Positions 10,952-24,067 are shown, counted from the first letter of the stretch. The stretch: 64,000 bases of DNA from Selaginella moellendorffii (GCF_000143415.4 NW_003314356.1:496001-560000), one strand, 5' to 3'. The notes: generated by a model not told the origin, from the letters alone. Numbers and translations are program-made.

Positions 10952-12714
10952 AGTTGTAAATGACTAATTTTTCCATTTTACTTTAGTCACTTAACCGCAC
11001 CTCTGACCACTTGGAGGAGTCTCACTCACAACCTCCGTAAGTCCTATTTTGAACTTGGGCTTACTAGCCCCGAGAATGGCATCCCTGCCACTCAACCTAT
11101 GCACTTGGTCCAAGTGCTCCACGTGTCCGATCCCATGACCGACACCCCAAGGTACCACCAACATATCAGCCTATTACGCTAAGGCCACGTCCATTCACCT
11201 TGGTCACAATGATGGTCTGGCACCACCTGCATCCCAGTCCCGTCACTCAAAGACTGGGCCATCCATCCACGAGTGATCATCCCAGATCCACTCCTTAGCA
11301 TCCTTAGGATGCCCACAGACATGGGGATTAGCCTTCCCCAATATCTCCATTCCAGTCCCCACCAAGTCCCTTTTCGTCCTTGGCCGTGCTCGCCAACACT
11401 GCCACTGGATCAAGGCCCACGGGCCCGACCACTAAGTCCCACTGTCCTCTAGAACTTCCTCCTTGTGTGACTGTGTCTTTGGTCACCACACCAGAGGACT
11501 ACTCCTCTTCCTTTCCACAGTCTGGGACTTTGGGAGGACATTTCGAAACACCGTGGCCCTACGCGGGCCTTGTGGGTACTCTCCTTGCCTTTCGCTTTTA
11601 GGTGCTCTAGCCATGGGCTTAGAGCGAGGTTCCATTGAGCCACACCAGGTATCCAAGTAGGTAGTGCCACCCACACTTGGACTGGGAGCATCGGCCAGAC
11701 GATCTCCCGGGGGAACTAAAGCTGGCTCTTGAACACTTCACTAAGCTACCCCGCTTGTCGGTCCGTGTTCACTCTAGTCTTGGACTTCCCAGTGGTCAGC
11801 TCATCACCCAACACTGGGTGCAGCCTCTCTGGGCCAAACTGGCCTTTCCTGGCCAAACTGGCTCCACTGCAGTCCTCCCCCTTACTATACTTTTGGAGCT
11901 CACCAATCTCCCCAGGGTCTGGGAGACGAACGCTTTGGGCTTTCACCCTCTCAGACTCGAACTTGGACTCGGACTCGGACTCGGACTTGGACTCGGACTC
12001 GGACTCGGACTCGGACTCGGCCTCGGCTTCGGTCTCGGTCTTGGTCCTGATCTCGGTCTTGGTCTCGATCTCGGTCTCGGTCTTGGTCTCGGTCTTGGTC
12101 TCGACCTCGGACTCCATCTCGGGTCCTTCTCGGACTCCATCTCGGATTCCGTCTCGGGTCCATCTCGGACTCCATCTCGGACTCCATCTCGGACTCCGTC
12201 TCGGTCCATCTCGGACTCCATCTTGGACTCCGTCTCGGTCCACCTTGGACTTCGTCTCGGACTCCATCTCGGACTCCGTCTCAGTCCATCTCAGACTCCA
12301 TCTCGGACTCCATCTCGGACTCTGTCTCGGTCCACCTCGGACTTCATCTCAGACTCCATCTCGGACTCCGTCTCGGTCCACCTCGGACTCCATCTCGGAC
12401 TCTGTCTCGGTCCACCTTGGACTCCATCTTGGACTCCATCTTGGACTCCATCTCGGGCTCCACTTCAGACTCCACTTCGGGTCCATCTCGGACACTTCCA
12501 TGTGTCATGTGTTGGTCCTTTTAAGTCCCTTTTTGGAGCCTCACTTATTGTTCGCTGCATTGCTCGTTCCTTGAGCACTCCGTTAGGAGTTCCACTCCCG
12601 CTCTCAACCTCTCAAGTCGGAGCCTTTTAGTCCAAATGTGTTACACTTGTTTGGCTTTTACTTCGGCCACTACCATGTGGCACCCTTTCGGCTCCACTTT
12701 GGGGCTTAGGGATC

Positions 12715-12814
12715 NNNNNNNNNNNNNNNNNNNNNNNNNNNNNNNNNNNNNNNNNNNNNNNNNNNNNNNNNNNNNNNNNNNNNNNNNNNNNNNNNNNNNN
12801 NNNNNNNNNNNNNN
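12715..12814. other. Assembly gap (100 N, probably unknown size)
   Basis: Run of exactly 100 N. Confidence 1.
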
Positions 12815-13711
12815 GCTACCTTTGCAAAAAACTCATTAAGGAAATCCACTTGGCTACGAAACTGATCCATAATGACTAGAAATGTGAAACATTCGCACTC
12901 CCCTACATCACTGCACTTGTGCGAGCTCTCGACTTGGCATTTCCACTCAGCGTGAAAGGACCTCTAACAACACTACAAACTAGAAGAAAGTGGGAATGCG
13001 CATCGAAGGGAAGAGAGGATCTATTCCACATATCCATGCCCCAACAATGACTCCACCAATGAAAAGGACCAAGATGACAATAGTTTCACCCCCAAAGAAT
13101 AGGATGACCACAAGCCAAATTGATAGCACCATCTCCAAGGAAGAACTAGAGGAAAGAGTCAGGAACAAAACCAAGAAAACAATATTGAGTCTATAACCAT
13201 CCCAACCAATGGTATAGCAATTCACACTAAGAAAGAAGGGTTAGCATCCCCACCCATAGAAGCATTAGTTGATGACAGCACCATGGCTTAGCACTATAAG
13301 CACCACAATAGGGAGCATCTAGACCAAGAATGATATAGAGAGCCAAACTAGGAATGATGTAGAGAGCAAGAGCAGGAGCAATGACACGAACCAAAGCTGC
13401 CACATAGGCTGCTCAACTCAGCATTCCTCCAATTTGTTGATGAAGTTTAACGCCTCCAAAAAAATTAACTATCATAAAAGATCATTAATCATCCCATCAA
13501 TAGAGGGATGCATAATCATTATCGAAAAAAGAATCCACCATCTCAAAGAATGGTAGATCATTTTATATCAATAGTAATCATGTAAAACCTTTGACAAAAA
13601 TAATCAACTATCCTAAATAATAATCAATCATCATCAATGATTGCCAAGTGCAAATACTAACTTCAACATAAAAGCTAATGAGCCAAAATGCCTTCCCAAC
13701 AACTCCTAACA

Positions 13712-15345
13712 AATAGAAAAGAGGATGATAGTGCCCTTAAGTAGAGAACTTCCTAGAATGGGGAAGTGGAGTTGCATAATATGTGCAATGCAAGATGTCG
13801 AAGACACCTAGGAAATTGACTTCAAGAAGTCAAAAGTAAAAGTTCCAAAGTGCAAAGGTTATATCGATGGAAATTGAGACTACTCAAGAAGAAGTAGTGG
13901 GATTGAGATAGAGACAGTATCTCTAACAAGTTTGGCAAGAACTAAACCAATAAAAGGAGAGAACCACCACAAGTGGTTCAATCAGTCTCTAAGTTGGAGA
14001 GACTATCCTCTTTAAAGGATGGGCAAGGCATGGTGAGCCTTTGGTATCAAACCATTGATGAATATTGGCGAGGTGCCAAGAATGGAAAGGGTAATACATA
14101 TTGGTATTACTTTATAAGATAGTTTATCGTTCGATGAGGACATCGAACTTTGTCTATAGGTGGTGGAGTTGTGAAACACAAAATCCCTAGGCCCCAAAGT
14201 GGAGCCAAAAGGGTGCCACGTGGTAGTGGCCGAAGCAAAAGCCAAACGAGCGTAACACGTTTCGATTAAAAGCTCCGACTTGAAAGGTCGAGAGCGGGAG
14301 TGGAACTCCCGACGAAGTGCTCGAGGAACAAGCAAAAAGCAAGCAATAAGTGAATCTCTAGAAAAGGAACACAAGAGGACCAACACATGACACGTGGAGG
14401 AGTCCGAGATGGACCCGAGATGGACTTGAGATGGAGTCCGAGATGGAGTTTGAGATGGAGTCCAAGATTGACCCAAGATGGAGTCCAAGATTGACCTGAG
14501 ATGGAGTCCGAGATGGGACCGAAACCGAGACCAAGTCCGAGTCCAAAACCGGGACCGAGACCAAGCCCGAGTCCAAGTCCGAATACTAATACAGACTGTT
14601 GGGTGAAAGCCCAAAGTGATTGTTGCTATAGGGGGTTCCAAAAGTATAGTAGGGAGAGTATAGGGGTTGGAGCCCAATGGAGCCAGTTTGGCCAGGAAAA
14701 GTTAGTTTGGCCCAGGAAGGTTGTACCCAGGTGTTGGGTGATGAACTGACCATTGGGAAGTCCAAGACTAGAGTGAATATGGACCGACAAGTGGGGTAGC
14801 TTGGTGAAGTGTTCAAGAGTCGGCTCTAGTTCCCCCGGAAGATCGAATGCTCGATGCTCTCAGTCCAAGTGTGGGTGGCATACCTGGATACTTGGATACT
14901 TGGCATGGCTCAATGGAACCTCACTCTAAGCCCATGGCTAGAGCACACAAAGGTGGAAGGCAGGGAGAGTACCCATGAGGCTTGTGTAGGGCCACAGTGT
15001 TATGAAATGTTGTCCTAAAAGCCTAGACTGTGGAAAGGAAGAGGAGTAGTCCTTTGGTGTAGTGACCAAAGATACAGTCATGTGATGAGGAAGTCCTAGA
15101 GGACCGTGGGACTTAGTGGTGGGGCCTATGAACCTTGATCCAGTAGTAGTGTTGGCGAACACAGCTATGGGCAGAAAGGGACTTAATGGGGACGGAAAAG
15201 GGATATTGGGGAAAGCTATTCCCCATGTCTACAGGCATCCTAAGGATTCTAAGGAGTGGATCTGGGATGATCACTCATGGATGGATGGCCTAGTCTTTGG
15301 GAGATGGGACAGTGATGTAGGTGGTGTTAGACCACCGGTGTGACC
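13712..15345 (+). mobile_element. Family A fragment: 3' internal region, PPT and truncated LTR (14170-15345)
   Basis: 13720-14169 matches the reverse complement of ~6900-7345. GGTGGTGGAGT is followed by TGTGAAACAC at 14170; short decayed array at 14400-14585. Confidence 0.85.
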
Positions 15346-18300
15346 ACTCTCTCCATGGCCACACCCTAACATGCAACCACGGTGGATTGTGCTGGCTCCA
15401 AATGCGTGAGAACCCGTTGAAGAGTGTACCTCTACTACTGATGCCAAGTGCTGGTAACTGCATGAAATAGTAGAAACTCTAGAAAACAAAGTGGAAAAAG
15501 AAAGAAAAGAGGTAGGTGTGAAGTTTGGAGACAGGGAGGAAAACCCGGTGGGAAACACTATAATCAAATTGGACCGTGAAGTTGAAGAAAAGGTGTAGAA
15601 AAAGTGTGAAAAGAGGAGGAAAATAGAGGAAATAGAGTGAGTACCCAAAGGACTTAACCTCTACCTATATTTCGGCTCAGGAAAGTGTAATATGCAAATG
15701 CAGCTTCTTGATGACTTCCAGTATGCTCCAAGGATTGGCTGAAATCAAGAAAGAAAGAGAGGTAGAAGAGGGGATGTGTTGCCCAAGGGTGGTAAATGTG
15801 GAAATAATGAAAGATGGAGTGAGATGGTGGAGTGCCGAGATGGTAGTGGCACTCTGAGAAGGTGGCCATCTCTTAAATAAGAGTAATAAGGGTGAAAATG
15901 GAAGGAGACATAAGCCTCAAACACACATAAGCGTTGACCTGTAGAGTAAGCACTGACCTCTCGGAGTAGCCAATAATTGGTAACCAGTAACTAGGGACCT
16001 GTAACCGGTAACCACCTACTCTCGCTCCTACCCCTGCGCCTGCTCCAACACCGATATAGTGGAGTGATATGGTGGAGCGCCAAGATGGTGGTGGCACTCT
16101 GAGAAAGTGGCCATCTTTGGAAATGTCAGGCCTATGGTCTGATATGTCGGACTAAAGAAGACAGTAGTTGAAAAGGATGGTGTAGTCGTTGGGTTGCTGG
16201 TACAGAAAGGTGGCATATGTGCACGGAATGCTGGAGCAAGAGAAAGTGGCTTCAGCCTCTGTGGCCTCGCCTAAAGATCCACCGAGGTGCCTTGAGTGAA
16301 CAGGTTCACCTAGTTGGAAGAAAGTCACTCCAGAAAAGCTAGCACGTTATTGGCAAATGGTTATAAGGATATCTCGGAAACGGCATGTCCAAACGAGGTG
16401 GTGTCTTTAGCTGCTGGTGCATGTATGTGTGTCCGTGGTATAGTGTAAATGTGACCTCAAATAGAGATGTGAATGATAGTGAAAGAATGAAAGATGCAAG
16501 ACGAGCATCTAGAGATAATTGCAGGCAACACTGCTGGAAGTGATTGGTGATGGAATTGTGAGCGTAGATGATATAGAATGGGTGGGGGGAATATGTGGGG
16601 TGTAGTAATGGTAAGGGAAGGGCCAAAGAACCTGGAACATAGACCAAGCCAAGCAAGGAACTTCCATACAAATGGCAATGCAGCCTGAGCATGAAATCCA
16701 GGGCATGGGCCATGGTCCAATGGAGAAACACCCTCTGAAAGTAAAAAAAAGAGCCATGAAAGTAAATTGAAAGAAAGGAAGAAAAAGAAAAAGAAGAGAA
16801 GAGGAATGCCTCACTAGATGAAGCGTTTGAGGTGAGAGTGGTTGTGAGCGTGTGGGAGCTCACATCCATCAGCATCAACTAGCACATAGATCGCCATCCT
16901 CGAATGGTTTGGCAGACCGCTGGTGATCAATGACGGACTTGATCTTCTGCTTGCCCCAAAGGAGATGTTCAGTTGTGGATCATCACTGTTCTTCCATGGC
17001 AAGAACCTCCAAGTCACGTGCATGAAGCTTGTCCTCATTGCTAAGCTACATCGCTACTGCATATCAAAGTAAAAGTGAGAGTGATGGTACCTGGATCTCC
17101 ACTGGAAGCATGGCCTCTGTCCCATAGACAAGGGAGAATTGGGTCGCAGAAATGGATGTCTTGAAGGACATCTGAAAGGCCCACAATGCTGTAACCAAGT
17201 CCTCATGCCAACACCTTGGGTGATCCTCCACAAGCTTTGAGATGACTGTCTTCAATATCTTATTGTTGGACTCTGCCTAGCCATTGCACTTAGGATAATA
17301 GCTGCTGCTCTTCACGTGCTTGACTTGCAGCCATTGGAGAAGATGCTACATCACCTATCCAAGGAAGCTGTTCCCATGATAGGAAATCAAAATGGCAAGA
17401 ACTCTAAATCAACAAATAATGTACTCATAGACAAACTTTGCTGTAGACTGTTGATCTGCCTGTCTCAGAGGGGTGGCCTCAACCCATTTTGTGAAATAGT
17501 CTATTGCCACGATGATGTATCGCTGTCCTTTTGAGCTTGGTGGGTTAACCGGGCCGACAAAGTCAAGTCCCCACTGGAAAAAGGGACCCGAAGAAGTGAT
17601 GAGCTGGAAAGGAAGATGTGGAATATGGCTCCAGGGGTTGAATTGTTGGCACTACTCACATGCCTTTGCATAGGCAAAGCTGTCCTGGTGAAGACGAGGC
17701 CAAAAGTAGCCATGGTGCAAGAGGAGCTGTGCTGTGACCTGTCCCGAGAAATGCCTTACACAAGAGTGGAAAGTGTGAAGGAGCTCAAGGACCTTGTGTT
17801 CACCCACACACCTCAACAAAACTTCCTGAGAAGTTCTCTTGTAAAAGTGTCCGTCGAGAAGGCAAAACCCTCGTTCTCGGATCTCCAATGCCTTTTGTTG
17901 CTCTAGTGAGGAATCTGTTAGGAACTGACCTGAATCCAGGTACACTGCAATGTCTTGTAATGCGCTGGGACTATGAAGGAGGTAGCTTCAGCAACCAGAA
18001 ACTCGCTTGGATCCGTCACATGCTTCCGCTGCATGTGAAAAGTTGGTTGGAACTCTTGGATGGTCACAATCCAAGATAAAGTACAAGGATTGTGAACCGG
18101 ATGCTGTTAAAAAAAGGTCAGCACATTAAAAAAGACATGGAAACAGATACAAGCTCTAGCAATAAAGTGACAAAATCTCTCCAAGGTGTAAACAACACCC
18201 ATTGCTTCTTTTTCCGCATCCACGTACTTCTTCTCAATCTCCTTGAACGAATGTGAGGCATAGTATATTGCATGTGGGGGTTTGCCAGGTTGTGAACATT

Positions 18301-19539
18301 GGCAAAGGCATACTCCAAAAGCCTCTGTACCCATCATGATATAAATGTCGAAAGGAAGTTGTCACTCTAGTGGTTGGAGTACTGGGGCCATGCGGAGTGA
18401 TTGCTTCAGTGAGTCAAAGGCTTGTTGCTGAGACTCACCCCAGACAGATGGAACGTTGTGTTGTAGCAAAGCTATCAAAGGCCATGAACGTGTAGTATAG
18501 TTGTGGAGGAAACGGCGAAAGAAACCCGTTTGCCCGAGGAAGCTACAAAGCTACTTCATGTTAGTTGGTGGGTTCCGATCCAGAATCTCCTGAGCCTTGG
18601 CTTCCTGGGGCTTGATCCCATCCTGTGAGACATCAAAGCCTAGCAACTGGCCTTTAGTCACCCTGAATTTACACTTTACCAGTTTCGGCAACGAGTGAAG
18701 ATCTGCTCCAAGTGCACAAGGTGGTCCTCAAAGGAGTCAGAAGTCATGCACAAATCATCCATATATACCCTTGAGGTGCCTCCAATCAAGTCATGAAAGG
18801 CAAGAGTCATAAAGCGTTGAAAAGTAGCTCCGGTATTACACAAGCCAAACGGGAGGATGTTGAAAGCAAAGACGCCCCAAGCTGTCTGGAAGGCCGTAAG
18901 ATCTTGATGATCAAGATGAATGAAGATCTGGTTGTACTCTAAAAAGCCATCCATGAAAGAGTAGTAACGGTGTCCAGCCATCTCATCCACGATTGCATCG
19001 ATAAATGGAGTCAGAAAGTGGTCTTTTGCAATTGCCTTGTTCAAATCTTGAAAGTCAACGCATAGGCAGATTTTTCCATTTGCCTTGCATGCAAGGATGA
19101 GGTTGGCCACCCACTCTGAGCTGTCCAAAGGGTAAATAAAGCCGGCTGCTAGAAGTTGCTCGATCTCCAACTTCATCTCTGAGTGAGTTGCCGGGCTGAA
19201 ATGCCGCAACTTTTGACAGACTTGTTTGGCTGACTCTGAAAGCACAATACTATGCATGATTGTGTCCATGGGAACTCCTAAAAGCTCGCTATAGTCCCAA
19301 GCAAACACGTCCTTGAAAAAGTGAAGGAGATCCAAGAGCTTTGCTGCGTTTGTTGAAGTATGCGATGTGGCGATAAAGACCAGGTCCTTGTCATCACCTA
19401 GGAAAACGGCATGAACCCTGGATTCTGGAGAAATCTTGAGCTCAGGGGGCTCATCTATCTTTGATTCCTCCCTGACCTTGGAAACCAAAGAGTAGGGAGT
19501 GCCTTTTGCCTCTCGCATCATGGTGATTGCTTGATGTGA

Positions 19540-19900
19540 TAACTTGTCTGCCCAAAAGTTTTCTTCATGAGAGACACTTTGAGAAGTCACCTAAGAGAAC
19601 TCATCCTTTAGGTTGACCGCCCGCTGCCATAGCTCTTTCAGGTTCTCTTTGCGGACTTGGTATTCTCCAATAAGTTGGTGTATGATGAGTTATGCATCTC
19701 CAATGAAAGTGACTCACCTAAACTTGAGATCTGTGGCCAACTTCATGGCACTAATGGCTGCCAAGTACTCTGTTTCATTAGCTGATGTTGCTAGCAAAGT
19801 TATAGAGAGGTCAACTACTTTGTTCTCCATAGAATCAATCATCTAAACTCCAATGCCGGCAACCTGGTTTTTGGGGCAGAAAGCACTGTCGAAATAAGCT
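19540..19900 (-). pseudogene. Additional archaeal-type RNase HI (aRH) domain
   Basis: Manual translation: YFDSAF..AGIGV..TSANETEYLAAI..FIGDA*LIIHQLIGEYQVRKENL..VSHEENFWADKLS, in frame with RT. Confidence 0.88.
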
Positions 19901-22900
19901 GTAATTATAGGAGTTTTCTCTTCTTCAAATAAAGATATTGGGGACACCACATCTGGGAAGACCATCTCTGGCAAGTCAAGCAAGAACATTGTTGTTGGAT
20001 TTGGAGTCTTTGTCTGTTTTTCTCTTTGCTTCTAATGCTTTGAGCGCTCAATGTCCAATGCAAGGACTGTAGCCAAGTACTTTGCAAGTGAAGGAAGATC
20101 CTCCACTGAAGTCAAATCCAAGTCTGGTGCTAGGCTTTCAGTGTAATACCTTACTCAAAGAGCTATAACTCACATGCAGCACATCTGATTGGCTTGATTC
20201 TTTCTGCTAGTTCTATGTCTAGATGTCATCCTTCGTCTCCAAGAAACGGCATGACAAAATACACTTGGATTCATCAGCTACCATGATTTTAGTAGGAAGA
20301 TGCTGGCTGTATGACACCTCAAATAGTTGCTGAGGAGGATTGAGTTCAGCTGTATCCTGTGAAAGATGGGCTTGGTGTGGAGTGACTATGTCATCAAGAT
20401 CCATAAGAGAGAGTTGGTCCCATGCAAAAAACAAATCAAGAAGCCCTTCCTCTATCAAGAAACACTCCGAAAAGCTGGATATGGGAGCCCATACCCTATA
20501 AGCCCCGCCCTCAAATAAAGAGGGCGTGGCGAGAGGCTCGGCCTTACTCTCAAATAAAGAGAGTGAAGCTGAGAGATGTCTCGAGCTATCTGACTCACCT
20601 CCAACTATATCAATCACATTGCATGAGAAAGCATCTGTCATATAGATGGTTGACTCCATCGCCAACTCAGGAAAAACCTCTGTGAGCTCAGAAAGAAAGC
20701 ATGGTGTGGAGGCCATCTTAGTCTGAGCCTGCTGGGCTTGCTGAGAAAGAGCTCTACCGTGGTTGTTGAGGAAGGTGGCACAATGGGTTCCATCACTAAT
20801 TTCTATCTTGCCTTGTGCGCTGTCAATGGTGCAATGGGTTGTGACTTGCCATGAGTGGTCAAGGATGATAGAGTCCTTCAAAGAGGACGTTCCAAGACGT
20901 TGGTAGTTAACCATGAGGAAATCTACCTCAGAAATAACACCTTGCATTGAGACCTTAACACCATAGCAAATGCCCGGGAGGAACAGTGTGGTTGGCAAAG
21001 GTCTTGAGCATAATGGAGGAGCTCGAAGTGATCTGTAGCTGTGCCAAAAGGGCAGCTTCGAGAGAGATAATATTGCTTCCAGAACCGAAGTCAACCAAAG
21101 CATCCATCCTACAAGAGGAAGTACTAATCTGCACTAGGACAAAGAATGGACCATGATCTCCACCATATCTTGTCATGTCGACAATGTGCACCTCTTGAGG
21201 AGTCCTCTTGAGAGTGCTCTCTGGTGTTCCTGACCATGCAAACTCCTCTAAACACTGGCCAAATCCCAGGATAAAACACAACATGTCTCAAAGCGAAAAG
21301 GTGACGGGAGTGTAAACCAGCTATTAAAGAACTGGCTCTAGAACAGGAATAGCTATTGGTGAGATCTCAGGGGGAGAAGAGAGTAGTGACTTGAAGGGGA
21401 GCTTACAAGCCACCCTCTATGTCATTGGATCTGGTGCCAATAGAGATTTGCTCTCAACTGACGCCAGGGAATCTATGGCAGGTTGAGTGGCTGCCTTCTT
21501 CTTCACTTGGGCTTGAGTGGCTGTGGTTTGCTGCTGTTGCCTATAGAGTTCCTCGGCCACCAAAATCATGTTGACCAATGAGGTTGGTGCCTTGCCTTTG
21601 CTTGACGAAGGGGCTACCTCAATTGCTTGTTGCTCCAACTGCTCCTGATATATCTCTGGACCCCGAGACGATGTGGAATTATCAGCAAAGGGATGTTGTT
21701 GGACATGATGAGAAGGTGGAGGCTGAAGCTCTAGGTGAAGCTTGAAGCAGCACTGTGTGATGTGTGTGTTCGTCTTGCAATGAGTGAACCAACGGGACTT
21801 AAATCTGCGTTCACGAGCTGTAGCAGCTTCTTTCCTAGACTCCACCAGCTCCTGGAGCAATTTATCATGGTGTGATTATTGCTGAAGAATGATCTCCTTC
21901 AGCTGCTACATCTCATTGGTGAAGTTCTCAAGAGCCGGAGGTGTATGCTCAATAGCGATGGGCTTTGGTGTGGACGGGCGAATAGCTGCACAAGGTGACT
22001 CTAACGGGGTGATGGCTTGGTCAAAATCAACTCTAGCAATCCCTAGGTCGACAAGAAGCTCCCTTTCCAGCTTCGTGGCAAACGAAAATGCCTCGCGGCA
22101 AGACCTGAATGTCTTTTTGAGAATTTTCCGCTGCAAGTTCCCATGCAGACCCACTGTGAATGCTGTGATCCCTTGTTGCTCATCTTGGACCACTCTACGA
22201 TCCTAGCACTGCTTCCAGTATGCTTGAAACTGATGTAGTCAGGAACAAACTCATGAGCACCCTATTGGAATGAAAAGAGGTCGATAAGTGGCCGATTTGT
22301 GGGTTTTTCTTCAACAAAACGTTCTCTAAAAGAAGCAAGTAGTGTCTGAAAGTCTGTCCAATCCTCTAGGACGAGAGAATCTACCCAAGATGCTGTTGCC
22401 TTCGAAAGACTGCAATAAGTCGGGGCACATACGATCATCATCGACGATCATGTCTGTGGTGCAGTAGTAATCAAAGCGACTGATATGTGATGTTGGAGGG
22501 ACTGTTCCAACACCTGAGAAGGTTGGTAGATCACTCCCCTTCTGCAGAACATAAAGCTGAGGTCGAACTAAAGGTAGCTGCACCATAGCTCGTAGATCTA
22601 AGTCACTAGAATCTGCCGAGGATGCAGAGGACTTGGCCTGAGAAGGTGCTGTGTTTTACCTAACTTGTCTTTGGATGTTAGAAAGTTTACTCCGTACCTT
22701 AGGGCCTTGAGGTATGGTAAAAGGGTGCCAATTTCTCACACATCTAGTTTGTACTGGCATCAAATACCCTAAACACTACAAATGCCTGGTGAAAGCAACT
22801 GGGTTGATAGGAGCAAGAAGACTGTAGGCTAGTGCTCAAGTTGCTCTAAGTTGTCCAAAATGCCTGTGACGAAGAGAAATAAGGGTTGAAATGGAAGGAG

Positions 22901-23841
22901 ATGTAGGCCACAAGCACACGTAACGATTGACTTGTAGGATAGCCGCTGGAGTAACTGCTGGAGGAGCCGTTGGAGTAGCCAATAATTGGTAACTAGTAAC
23001 CAGTAAATGGGGACCTATAACCTGTAACCTGTAACCCCCTCCTCTCACTCCTACTCCTGCACAAACTCTTGTTCCTGCTCCTTTTGTTCCTATTCCTGTT
23101 CCTACGCCTACTCCTACTCCCTAAAGATTGCTTTGTTCCAAAGGAACTCCCAACAAAGTTTAGCCCAAAAGAGAAAAATGAGTTTTCTAGTCTTGATCCT
23201 TCCCCATTTTGACTATTGGTGGGCTTGTTGGAAAGGGCTCAGCCCCGTCTACCCCTATCACAAGAATTTGTGAAGAAGCTGCCTCAATATTCCCCGAAAT
23301 CCAAGAAGAGGTAGCCCAGAACACCAATATTGTGGAAAAACATGTGCATGTCATTGATGTAAATTGATACTAAGGCGCCGTTGGTATTTTTAGAAAGCCT
23401 AGGACTAGAGGCACCTCTAGAAACAAATGGCATCCAAAACAAAGCCCTGAGAAGCATGGATTCCTACTACAAAGATGACCCAATCTAACCAGAGAAGAAA
23501 ATCCTTTTGCATGCCGTCAATTCACCCAAATCTTGCACCAAGAATCACCACTACTTGTAGATGTAGGCCAGATCTACAAGCCCAAATGAGAAATTAGGCC
23601 GAGGATCTAGGCGAGAAAGTGAAAACCCCAAAATGTTCATCAAACCGAGCCAAAAAACGTTATATCTCTTCAAATACTACACGACTTGAAGAGCGCCATA
23701 CCTTGCTGGAAAAAGGAGCTCCAGACATATCTAACACGCCCAAGATCAAACAAAACTACCACAAGACAAACAAGAAATTCCTTCCCAAAGACTGCAGCCA
23801 AAAGAAAAAAAGAGAAATGACGCCTCAGAAAGTGTTGCGCG

Positions 23842-23858
23842 TCACACTGGGTTCACCA
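23842..23858 (-). promoter_or_regulatory. Primer binding site, tRNA-Trp-like
   Basis: TGGTGAACCCAGTGTGA versus TGGTGAACCCGACGTGA, the complement of the plant tRNA-Trp 3' end as recalled. Confidence 0.7.
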
Positions 23859-23860
23859 TT

Positions 23861-24067
23861 TGTTGGGGGAAGGAGGGGTGCCTCCCCCAACGCTCGCTCA
23901 AACACTAGAAATGCTTCAACGCTCTCCACAAATGCCCCCCCCCCCCCCCCCCCCCTTTGCCCCTGTGGGGCAAGGGTTTGATACAAGGAAGATGGGGAAT
24001 ATTTTGAGGATCAGAATATTCTCTCTCTCTCTCTCTCTCTCACTCTCTCCATGGCCACGCCCTAACA
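23861..24067 (-). repeat. 5' LTR (207 bp) of the Tat element, with G21 run and (GA)n
   Basis: TGTT...AACA termini; its first 27 bp recur at 15345-15371; PBS adjacent. Confidence 0.8.

Larger units (their letters stand above)
6370..12714 (-). mobile_element. Family A non-autonomous LTR element (LARD-like): 5' LTR 12714-10955, non-coding internal region 10939-6900, 3' LTR 6899-6370 (interrupted)
   Basis: LTR ends ...TTTACA at 10955, PBS TGGTATCGGAGC at 10951-10940, PPT GGGTGGTGGAG next to TGTGAGAC at 6899. The two LTRs share variants absent from the solo LTRs. The ~4 kb internal region has no ORF over 141 aa and no recognisable gag/pol motif. Confidence 0.85.
15345..24067 (-). mobile_element. 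Decayed Tat-lineage Ty3/gypsy element, order gag-PROT-aRH-RT-RH-INT
   Basis: 5' LTR 24067-23861 (TGTTAGGG...CCCAACA) and PBS 23858-23842. gag LPTFSG (~22520), degenerate Zn knuckle (~21780), protease ALVDFGSGSNII (~21077-21102), aRH 19540-19900, RT (VDFQDLNKA, PFGLCNTGATFQR, YMDD 18755-18765), RH ~18100-18400, integrase ~16814-17950 (CEEC, WGLDFVGP). Only the first ~27 bp of the 3' LTR remain at 15345-15371. Many stop codons. Confidence 0.88.
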
